From a virus (Duplodnaviria; Caudoviricetes), in IMG/VR virus record IMGVR_UViG_3300037264_001837, positions 1 to 53,270 of that record: 53,270 nucleotides of DNA; one strand, written 5' to 3'. The notes beneath the pieces were generated by a model that was given only the letters and a program-made list of their open reading frames with translations, was not told where the DNA came from and searched no databases. The position numbers were made by a program, and so were the translations under genes. This document shows, one piece after another, positions 44,819 through 52,125 of the stretch. Every line of letters starts with the position of its first letter. Position 1 is the stretch's first letter.

Positions 44819-45545
44819 AGAGCGCGTTCCCGTTCTTGTTCTCGTTGACTTCCGAGACACCGAGCCCCCGCTCGATGGCAAGCCGCAACGCGGATTCAAC
44901 CGAATCTTTCTGCGACGCATGGACGGTGAAACTCATCAGGTGGAAGTCTTTCGTGGGCGCGGCTATCTGCTCTGGGAGCTGACCCCGTAGACCCGCGAGC
45001 GCGTCGGACTGCCGCTGCGCGACCTGCTCGATCTCGACTCCCTGGAACCTGAGCATCGGCGCGATGGCCGCGAGCTGTAGCCGGTGCAGCTCCGCGAACT
45101 TGGCCGCGCTCTCCTCGGTCACGTCGCCGTGGTGCGAGCTCGCGAGCATGACTAGTTCCGCGGCCTCGGTCTCGCTCTCGGCCTGGATCTCCGAGACCGG
45201 GATGCGCGCGGGGATCACGTGGCCTTGCTCTTCCAGCCACTCCAGCGACGGCACGCGCCCCGCGCCGTCGATCACGTAGCGGTGGCCCTCCCACACGAAC
45301 ACCGGGAACGCGAAGCCCTTGCCAGTGCGGTCGAGGATCGCGCCACCCAGGCGCTCGAGGTCCCTGGGCTTGCGGCTCTTGAGCGTGTTGCGCTCGTAGC
45401 CCCGGAGCTCGCCCCAGGGGATCGTAGGCCCGCCAGCGGCCACCCGGACCGTGATGCACGGCCCGTCGCAAGGCGGCTTCGCGACGCACTTTCGCGCGCG
45501 AGAAGGCCCGAGGATGTCGTCGTCCCCCTGCACGCCTCGGCTCAT
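44787..45545 (-). CDS. ParB/Srx-like N-terminal domain protein
   Basis: GFAFPVFVW, VIDGAGR (DGHxR-like), C-terminal F..MSFT.H..Q...V..AL and NENKNGNAL. Confidence 0.7.
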   Translation of the reverse strand: MSRGVQGDDDILGPSRARKCVAKPPCDGPCITVRVAAGGPTIPWGELRGYERNTLKSRKPRDLERLGGAILDRTGKGFAFPVFVWEGHRYVIDGAGRVPSLEWLEEQGHVIPARIPVSEIQAESETEAAELVMLASSHHGDVTEESAAKFAELHRLQLAAIAPMLRFQGVEIEQVAQRQSDALAGLRGQLPEQIAAPTKDFHLMSFTVHASQKDSVESALRLAIERGLGVSEVNENKNGNALYGICSAFLAE

Positions 45546-45565
45546 CGGTCTGTCTCGCTCTCGGT

Positions 45566-45637
45566 GTTCACGCCGGAGGCCTTCTCGTTCACGGCTCAGG
45601 CCCTGCTGTTCAAGATCTCCGGCCCACCGTTCACGGC
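45566..45637. repeat. four GTTCA(C/A) boxes at exact 21-bp period upstream of the late operon
   Basis: GTTCA at 45566, 45587, 45608 and 45629; two copies extend to CGTTCACGGC. Confidence 0.75.
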
Positions 45638-45642
45638 CAAGC

Positions 45643-45804
45643 CTACTGCTGCGAGCCAGTGAACCCGCCCCGCTCGGGCTGCAGGGGCCCGCTCCGGACC
45701 GTAGGACCCGAGGACCGCGGCGCGAGAGCCCAGAGCAGCAACACGAGCCCCACGACAGCCAACGTGGGGATCAGAGCGGCCTTGAATCGATCCCGGGTCG
45801 TCAC
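45643..45804 (-). CDS. small single-TM protein
   Basis: GTGA coupling; ALIPTLAVVGLVLLLWALA. Confidence 0.5.
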   Translation of the reverse strand: MTTRDRFKAALIPTLAVVGLVLLLWALAPRSSGPTVRSGPLQPERGGFTGSQQ

Positions 45805-45986
45805 GCGAGCGGGTCCAGAACCAGCGGGGCAACCGCCACCCGACGGAGGTACTCGGCCGCGGAGATCCCACGAGCAGCCGCGGCACGGTCGAGGGCCTGC
45901 CGCTCCACGGTCGCGAGCCGGACCGCGACGCAAGGGCTCCCCCGCCCCCGGGGAGTCGTCGGCCTGCCACGTCGCCTCGGATCCAT
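45801..45986 (-). CDS. ribbon-helix-helix (CopG/Arc/MobC-like) regulator
   Basis: RGRP, VAVRL...E...L..AA...G.S.AEYLR. Confidence 0.75.
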   Translation of the reverse strand: MDPRRRGRPTTPRGRGSPCVAVRLATVERQALDRAAAARGISAAEYLRRVAVAPLVLDPLA

Positions 45987-45992
45987 ACCGCC

Positions 45993-46022
45993 AGGATATA
46001 CCTTCGGGATTACCGCCGTCAA
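45993..46022 (-). promoter_or_regulatory. sigma70-type promoter predicting a leaderless RHH mRNA
   Basis: TTGACG-18 nt-TATCCT, then 6 nt to the ATG at 45986. Confidence 0.55.
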
Positions 46023-46103
46023 CAAACCGCGCCCCGCGGGCCCGCATACACTTCCACACTGGCCCACAAGACGTATAGCCGCGCAAACCCGCACCAGAAG
46101 CCC

Positions 46104-46142
46104 GTACTCTATACTACTATATATTCTATATGTATGTAGTAC
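46104..46142. other. AT-rich imperfect palindrome (candidate origin or packaging site)
   Basis: GTACTCTATACTACTATATATTCTATATGTATGTAGTAC, 10 of 39 nt G+C, in the divergent intergenic region. Confidence 0.5.
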
Positions 46143-46253
46143 GCACATAAGGGGGGTATACGCGTTATGGGGGGAAGTGGGACGGCGTAGAAAGTCGGAA
46201 AAGTATCGCGCCGCCGCGCTTGGTGCGCGCGACAAAAGCCGAAGTATAAAATC

Positions 46254-46283
46254 TTGCCGTTACTAAATCGGGCGAGGTACTAT
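46254..46283 (+). promoter_or_regulatory. sigma70-type promoter for the primase-helicase
   Basis: TTGCCG-18 nt-TACTAT upstream of a GAGAGG RBS and ATG 46308. Confidence 0.5.
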
Positions 46284-46307
46284 GCGAGCCCCGAGAGGAC
46301 ACCGCCC

Positions 46308-48563
46308 ATGCCAGACCCGGCCGACCTCAATCCGTACCACCGCGCGGGCTACGAGCTGATCCCCCTGAGCCCCCCGGACGGCCCCGGGAGCTCCGCGGGA
46401 AAGGCGCCCTGCGAACGCCGGTGGCGGACCAACCGACCGCTCAACCGAGAGCTCGCCGCCGCGCACATGGAGGCCGGCCGGAACGTCGGGGTGCGGCTCC
46501 GCGCGGGAGAGCTCGTGATCGACGTGGACCCACGGAACTTCGCCCCTGGGGTCGACTCGCTCGCGACCCTAGCCGCGCTCGTAGGGCTCGACCCTGCCGC
46601 GTGCCCGGCGGTCACGACCGGCGGCGGGGGCCGGCACCTCTACCTGCGCAAACCCCCCGCGGTCACCCTCGTCGACTCACTGCCCGCGCATCCCGGGGTC
46701 GAGTTCAAGAGCCTGGGCCGGCAGGTCGTAGCCGCGGGATCCGTCCATCAGACGGGGCGGCGGTACGCCTGGGAGGACTGGCCTCCGCTCGAGCACGCGC
46801 CCGAGGCCCCGCCCGCGCTACTCGCGCTCGCGGTCCGTCCCCCGCCCGCGGTCGAGGGGGGCGGGATGCTGACTCCCGAGGCCGTCGCGGAGTGCCTTGG
46901 TCAGCTCCCGATCGCGAATTTCCGGGACCATGACCAGTGGCTCGCGATCATGATGGCCTGCCACCATGCCTCCGGCGGGGAAGCGCGTGCTGAGTTCGTC
47001 CAGTGGGCCGCGAGCGACCCGCGCTACGCGGCTCGCGCATGGGAGACCGGCAGACGCTGGGACTCGCTCCGGCCGGGGAAGGGTGTGACGGTCAGGACGC
47101 TCTTCCGGGCTGTACTGGACGCCGGAGGCCGGCTACCCCCCGAGGTCGGAGCCGAAGACGACTTCATCGGCCCACCCGCGGAAGCGGACAAGCAGGAGCA
47201 GCGAGCCGAAGGAGTCAGCCTGCTCGAGCAGATGAACGGGGAGTACTGCACCGTCAATGACGGCGGGAAGTTCCGCGTGTTCTCTCGCCAGGTCGATCCG
47301 GTCCTCAAGCGTGAGTGCTACAGCCGGCATACTAAGGCCGACTTCGAGGCGCTCTGCATGCACCGGCAGGTTGAGGTGCCAGGCCCCAATGGCAGGAGTC
47401 GCGTGACCCCCGTAGGGGAGTGGTGGCTCAAGCACCCTAGACACCGGCACTACCGCGGTGTCACCTGCGACCCCGAAGGCTCGCCCCCGGAGCACTTGAA
47501 TCTCTGGTCTGGGTGGGGAGTCGAGCCCGGGGACGGTGATTGGTCCGCGCTCCGCGACTTGATCGGCGAGGTTCTCTGCGACGGGGAGGAGCAGAACTTC
47601 CGGTACGTCCTGGACTGGATCGCGAACATGGTCCAGCGACCCGCGTCTCCCGCCGAGGCCGCGATCTGTTTCAAGGGCGACCTGGGCGTAGGGAAGGGGA
47701 CGCTCGGACGCGCGCTCTTGCGGATCGCGGGTCGGCACGGACTTCCGGTCTCGAGCCCGGCCCATATCGTCGGGCGCTTCAACGCGCACCTGCGCGACTG
47801 CGTGTTTCTCTTCGCAGACGAGGCCTTCTGGGGCGGCGACAAGCAGGGCGAGGGCGCGCTGAAGGCGTTGATCACAGAGCCCCTGGTCTCCTACGAGCGC
47901 AAGGGCCACGACCTCGAGATGGGCCGGAACATGATCCACGTCATGATGGCGTCGAACAACGAGTGGGTGATCCCCGCGACACTCGGGGAGCGCCGGTTCT
48001 TGATGTGCGAGGCGAATACGGCAAAGGCGAAATCCGACGGGGCGCGCTTCGAGCGGGTCAACGCGCAGCTGAGGTCAGGAGGTCTTGGGGCCATGCTGCG
48101 GGACATGCTCGTCCGCGACATCCGCGGGTGGCATCCGCGGAACTCGATCCCGGTGACGCGCGCGTTGGTCGACCAGATCATCCAGGGCCTCGATCATGTC
48201 GGGACCTGGTGGTACAAGATCCTGCAGGAGGGCCGCATCCCAGGCGTAGCCGACTGGAGTACACGAATCGCGGTCGCGACGCAGCTCCTCCAGGACGACT
48301 ACGCGGAGACGTGCGACCAGACCGCGTACCGGGGCCGGCGCAGCATCGAGAGCGTCCTGGGGCGCAGGCTGGACGCGCTCGTACCGGGCCGGCGGAAGTT
48401 CCAGATGCTGGTCCCTGAGGGGTCGGGGCTCAGGACCGATTCGCATGGGCGCGCTGTCCACTACGAGCTGCCTTCACTCGCCGACTGCCGTGCAGCATTC
48501 GAGGCGCGGCTGGGCACAACGATCGCGTGGCCCCAGCCGGATCCGGACGAGCTGCTCCGGTGA
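46308..48563 (+). CDS. Prim-Pol + PriCT-2 + SF3 (D5/DUF5906-like) primase-helicase
   Basis: GKAP, NVGV, VIDVDPRN, TGGGGRHLY, W....MA.H, Walker A GDLGVGKG, FADE, SNN, ERRF. Confidence 0.93.
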   Translation: MPDPADLNPYHRAGYELIPLSPPDGPGSSAGKAPCERRWRTNRPLNRELAAAHMEAGRNVGVRLRAGELVIDVDPRNFAPGVDSLATLAALVGLDPAACPAVTTGGGGRHLYLRKPPAVTLVDSLPAHPGVEFKSLGRQVVAAGSVHQTGRRYAWEDWPPLEHAPEAPPALLALAVRPPPAVEGGGMLTPEAVAECLGQLPIANFRDHDQWLAIMMACHHASGGEARAEFVQWAASDPRYAARAWETGRRWDSLRPGKGVTVRTLFRAVLDAGGRLPPEVGAEDDFIGPPAEADKQEQRAEGVSLLEQMNGEYCTVNDGGKFRVFSRQVDPVLKRECYSRHTKADFEALCMHRQVEVPGPNGRSRVTPVGEWWLKHPRHRHYRGVTCDPEGSPPEHLNLWSGWGVEPGDGDWSALRDLIGEVLCDGEEQNFRYVLDWIANMVQRPASPAEAAICFKGDLGVGKGTLGRALLRIAGRHGLPVSSPAHIVGRFNAHLRDCVFLFADEAFWGGDKQGEGALKALITEPLVSYERKGHDLEMGRNMIHVMMASNNEWVIPATLGERRFLMCEANTAKAKSDGARFERVNAQLRSGGLGAMLRDMLVRDIRGWHPRNSIPVTRALVDQIIQGLDHVGTWWYKILQEGRIPGVADWSTRIAVATQLLQDDYAETCDQTAYRGRRSIESVLGRRLDALVPGRRKFQMLVPEGSGLRTDSHGRAVHYELPSLADCRAAFEARLGTTIAWPQPDPDELLR

Positions 48564-48790
48564 GCCGGCTCGACGACAAGAACTGCCCGCCGCGTCGGAT
48601 CGGCGATCCGGGATTCTCGCCGCGTGAGTGGCGGCTGCGCGCCGCGTCATGCGAGCGCGCTTGCGTTCCGGGAGTCGGCCGGGCCGCCGCGCAGCGCTGC
48701 CAAGGTATCACCATCTGTAACTGCATCTGCGCCTGCCACGAGCCCAGCTTCGGAGGTTGGAGGCCGGCCCGAAAACCGGCCGAGAAATAA
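48560..48790 (+). CDS. small Cys-rich protein
   Basis: GTGA overlap; CNCICACH. Confidence 0.45.
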   Translation: MSRLDDKNCPPRRIGDPGFSPREWRLRAASCERACVPGVGRAAAQRCQGITICNCICACHEPSFGGWRPARKPAEK

Positions 48791-48804
48791 ACCTAGGAAA
48801 ACAC

Positions 48805-48833
48805 TAGACGCGGGAATAAAACCCGGTTATAAT
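48805..48833 (+). promoter_or_regulatory. strong sigma70-type early promoter
   Basis: TAGACG-17 nt-TATAAT(CAGAG). Confidence 0.75.
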
Positions 48834-48982
48834 CAGAGTAGAAGGGCGGGAAACATGGAGACCAGGAGCAAGCGGGGAGTCGAGGGGCAGTCGGGCCGGG
48901 AGACCGGGAGCGAGTGGGCCAACGAGGCCCGGGCCCCCGGGGGAGGGCTCCCGATCCCGACCCGGGAAGAGGAGTAGAAGCG

Positions 48983-49073
48983 GGGCCCGACCGGGCCCGG
49001 GACTCCTGCCCAGCGGGGGCCCCGGATCCGGCCGAGCGAGCTGGACAGAAACGCGAAACGGAGAGACGACATG
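48983..49073 (+). repeat. intergenic repeat copy 1 (palindrome + hairpin + conserved leader)
   Basis: GGGCCCGACCGGGCCC ... GAAACGCGAAACGGAGA.ACGACATG. Confidence 0.9.
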
Positions 49074-49391
49074 AGCAAGCCCAGGAAAGAGACCGAAGCC
49101 CCCGCCCCGACCGCAAGCCAGGAGGCCGCGGGCGAGACGATCGACCGTCTCCGGCAGGCTGAGAACGCCCTGACCGACGCCCGCATCGCGTACGAGCTGG
49201 TGCGGAACTTCGGGACCCCCTGCGGTGCGTACACGGCGATCGCGAAGCGGAAGGATGGGCACGAGATCTGGACCACGGCCGACCAGGCGATCAGCCGGGT
49301 TCGGGACGCGGTCCACGAGCAGGTCAACCTCGCCGAGGCTGAGCGAAACGCGGCCTTCCGCGAGGTCTGCAGGCTGATCGAGAAGGTCTAG
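49071..49391 (+). CDS. early hypothetical protein
   Basis: bounded by repeat copies 1 and 2; GGAG RBS. Confidence 0.75.
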   Translation: MSKPRKETEAPAPTASQEAAGETIDRLRQAENALTDARIAYELVRNFGTPCGAYTAIAKRKDGHEIWTTADQAISRVRDAVHEQVNLAEAERNAAFREVCRLIEKV

Positions 49392-49396
49392 CGCCA

Positions 49397-49485
49397 GGGC
49401 CCGACCGGGCCCGGGACTCTCCCCGAACGAGAGCCCCGGATCCGGCCGAGCGAGCCGGGGAAACGCGAAACGGAGAAACGACATG
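49397..49485 (+). repeat. intergenic repeat copy 2
   Basis: same palindrome, covarying hairpin and leader. Confidence 0.9.
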
Positions 49486-49971
49486 AGCAACATGAAAATC
49501 GTCGTAGGGTTCCTGACCGGAAATCTCCTGAGCACCCGGACCCCGACTCCCGACGAGGTGAACGCCTACGCCTACTCCCTGCACAAGGCGATCAAGGGGC
49601 AGTACCCCGGCGCCGAAGTCCAGGTCCGGCAGGAGACCGGCTCCGGATCGATCCCGGCTGGGCTCCGCACCCAGGTCTACACGGAGAACCTCGACGACGC
49701 GTCGATCGCCCAGGACGTCGACCTCATCCAGACCGCGGTCTGGGAGGACTGGTGCGAGAATCTCAAGCCCCAGCCGGGGGAGGAGCGGCCCTGCCCCGGC
49801 CCTGGCGACGGCCGCGACTGCCAGCGCTCCGGGTCCGGGTGCTCTGTCGTCTACGGCGACGACGAGTGCTGCGATGCCTGCCGGCGGGCCCTGCGCCGCG
49901 AGGCCGAGGCCCATGAGCAGGATCTCCGGGACGAGGTCGCCCGGGGCCTGGCCGACGAGCCGATGATCTAA
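49483..49971 (+). CDS. early hypothetical protein with Cys-rich C-terminus
   Basis: bounded by repeat copies 2 and 3. Confidence 0.75.
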   Translation: MSNMKIVVGFLTGNLLSTRTPTPDEVNAYAYSLHKAIKGQYPGAEVQVRQETGSGSIPAGLRTQVYTENLDDASIAQDVDLIQTAVWEDWCENLKPQPGEERPCPGPGDGRDCQRSGSGCSVVYGDDECCDACRRALRREAEAHEQDLRDEVARGLADEPMI

Positions 49972-49977
49972 GACACG

Positions 49978-50064
49978 GGGCCCGACCGGGCCCTCGACTC
50001 CTGCACGCGGGAGTCGAGGCCCCAGCCGGGGAACACGCGAAACGCGAAACGGAGAAACGACATG
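49978..50064 (+). repeat. intergenic repeat copy 3
   Basis: same palindrome, hairpin cctcgactcc/ggagtcgagg, same leader. Confidence 0.9.
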
Positions 50065-50766
50065 ATCCCGACCCCGCCATGGACGGACCCGCACTTCCCC
50101 CAGGCAGTAGGCGCGTCCGCGTACCCGGAGGCTGAATCACTTCGGGCCAGGTACCGCCTGGCAGAATCCGAGGCAGACCGCGAGGCGATCGTGATCGAGG
50201 CCCGGCGCTGGGGTTGCCGCCGCGGGCTCATCCGGATCGACCGATGGTACTTGCGGTGCGCGGACTGCCTCTCGGTGGTCGCGATCGAGGAAGACCTCCG
50301 CAAGCCGGCCTGCGTTTGCGGCGGGACTTTCGAGACCATGGGCCGCGTCCAGCAAGACGGTCGGCTGGTCGAAGACCGGCTCGAAGCCGTCTGCGATGGT
50401 CGCTGCACCCACGCCCTCGGCCCGTTCTGCATCTGTCACTGCGGTGGCCTCAATCACGGGTCCCAGCGGATCGTCCACGTGGAGCGCGACGTAGGCGGCG
50501 AGCCCCGCCTGGCCCCCATCGACCGCGAGGCCGCGATCATCCGGGCGACGGAGTTCCGGGCCGCGCTCGCCCTCGCGAGGGCTGCGGTCGAAGGGCCGGA
50601 GAAGATCCTGAACGACCTCCGCAACGGCGGTCGGTTTCTCGGCCAGGCCGAATGGTCCAGGTACATGGTCCTCGGCCGGCTGAGGCAGGGTATCTGGAAG
50701 GCCCAGCGCATGAAGGTTCACAAGGCCCGCATGGCGAAGCTGGCCGAGATCGCGGGCGCGGCATGA
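50062..50766 (+). CDS. early Cys-rich (CD.RC..A.G..C.C.CGG.NHG) protein
   Basis: CADC, CVCGG and CDGRCTHALGPFCICHCGGLNHG metal-binding motifs. Confidence 0.75.
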   Translation: MIPTPPWTDPHFPQAVGASAYPEAESLRARYRLAESEADREAIVIEARRWGCRRGLIRIDRWYLRCADCLSVVAIEEDLRKPACVCGGTFETMGRVQQDGRLVEDRLEAVCDGRCTHALGPFCICHCGGLNHGSQRIVHVERDVGGEPRLAPIDREAAIIRATEFRAALALARAAVEGPEKILNDLRNGGRFLGQAEWSRYMVLGRLRQGIWKAQRMKVHKARMAKLAEIAGAA

Positions 50767-51302
50767 TTCCGGCTTCGATCAAGCAAGCGCTCGATGATAT
50801 CGGCGTCGCGCCCAGCTTCGCCCAAGTCATGAACCGCGTCTTCCGCTGCACGGAGATCGCGGAGACAGAGGCCGCGGCCATGGGCTTCGATCCCGCCACG
50901 ATGCCCAGCGACCAGTACATGGCACTCCGGGTCCCGCCGCAGTTCGAGCACGTCGCGGTCGAGTGGGTCTATCGCGCGCATGTCCGGGAGCTACTGGCCC
51001 GGCTCGCGGACGAGAACGTGCTGCGGGCCCAGCCCCGGGTCGACCTGCTCGTTCCCGGGACCGAGGCCGAAGTACTCGTCGGCCTGATCCACGCGTGCGG
51101 GCTCGCACCGCTGGTCCCAAGCGCGCAGGACTTGGCTGAGTACCTGTGGCGCCGGCTCGCGCCACCGGAGCTCGCGAAGAAGGCGCTGGGCGAGCTACCG
51201 TCCCGCCGGGAGAAGTGGGACGGGCATCGCGAAGACACGCTGCGCGAGGCGCGGCGCTCGTGCCGGGCCGAGTGGCGCAAGCTGACCAAGAAGGGAACTT
51301 GA
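50763..51302 (+). CDS. hypothetical protein
   Basis: ATGA overlap; YRAHVRELL.R, TEAEV motifs. Confidence 0.7.
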   Translation: MIPASIKQALDDIGVAPSFAQVMNRVFRCTEIAETEAAAMGFDPATMPSDQYMALRVPPQFEHVAVEWVYRAHVRELLARLADENVLRAQPRVDLLVPGTEAEVLVGLIHACGLAPLVPSAQDLAEYLWRRLAPPELAKKALGELPSRREKWDGHREDTLREARRSCRAEWRKLTKKGT

Positions 51303-51303
51303 C

Positions 51304-51483
51304 ATGGAGAAGAAGTGCGAACGCTGCGGCAAGGGCCCGCAAGGCGAGTTCGGGCTGCTGGACTACTGCGCTGAGTGCTCGAAGGATCTGTGCCCCGAGT
51401 GCATGGAGAAGGGCTGTTGCGGCACCGTGCCCGCCGAAAGCGGGACCATGGGCTACGCACCAGCCGACGAAGAGGGGACCTGA
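51304..51483 (+). CDS. 59-aa zinc-finger protein (absent from the supplied ORF track)
   Basis: MEKKCERCGK...YCAECSKDLCPECMEKGCC...; AAGGGA RBS; fills the gap exactly. Confidence 0.75.
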   Translation: MEKKCERCGKGPQGEFGLLDYCAECSKDLCPECMEKGCCGTVPAESGTMGYAPADEEGT

Positions 51484-51484
51484 C

Positions 51485-51919
51485 ATGGCGAAGAGCGTCA
51501 CCGGAGTCGAAGATCCCCAGCTCCGCAAGGAGTTCTGGATCGCGTCGGAGCAGTGGTATCGGAGCCGCGTCCCACTCGAGCCCGGCCACCTGGAGGAGAT
51601 CCACCTCGGGATCAACCACGAAGAGGGAGGCACCGAGGGAGAACTTGAAATCGCGTGGCGAGACGCCGGAGGTCCGACCCCCTGCATCATCTGCTACGCG
51701 GACGCCTTCTGGGTCCTACAGGCGTACCCGGAGATCATTGAGCTCCTGGAGCGGCTGAACACCCGGGACGGTTTCCGCGTCAGCCACCCTGACCCGAAGC
51801 AGGTTGCTGACGGGCTCCGCGATCTCGGATGGGTGGACGGGACCAAGAGGGTCGACCCGGACAAGCCTCAGGATCTCCCGAAGTGCCGCCACTGCAAGGG
51901 CTCGGGGCACGCGCCATGA
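51485..51919 (+). CDS. hypothetical protein
   Basis: GAGGGG RBS; GGT.GE..I.W motif; C-terminal CxxCxGxG. Confidence 0.7.
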   Translation: MAKSVTGVEDPQLRKEFWIASEQWYRSRVPLEPGHLEEIHLGINHEEGGTEGELEIAWRDAGGPTPCIICYADAFWVLQAYPEIIELLERLNTRDGFRVSHPDPKQVADGLRDLGWVDGTKRVDPDKPQDLPKCRHCKGSGHAP

Positions 51920-52125
51920 AGACCACCAAGAAGATCGGCCGCCCACCACTCCCAGGCGTCTGGATCAAGCGGGAGGTCCGGATCCCGGTCAAGCTCAACC
52001 GCCGGCTCGAAGCCGCCGCGGGCCGCCGCAAGCTCAGCATCTCGCCGATGCTCGCGGATGTCCTGGTGCGCGGGCTCGCGGACCTCGAGAACGACGAGGC
52101 CTACGAGAAGGGCATGCTGAAGTGA
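51916..52125 (+). CDS. ribbon-helix-helix (Arc/CopG-like) DNA-binding protein
   Basis: GRPP, VRIP..L..RL..AA......S.......GL. Confidence 0.7.
   Translation: MKTTKKIGRPPLPGVWIKREVRIPVKLNRRLEAAAGRRKLSISPMLADVLVRGLADLENDEAYEKGMLK

Noticed and set aside
44787-45545. ParB-like gene as a plasmid-prophage partition system
   Set aside because: No ParA was found, and ParB-N genes next to terminase and DNA-modification genes are common in phages without a partition role.
48983-50064. Repeats as a CRISPR array or integron attC sites
   Set aside because: The spacers are whole genes of 300-500 bp, no cas or intI gene is present, and the RYYYAAC/GTTRRRY attC ends are absent.
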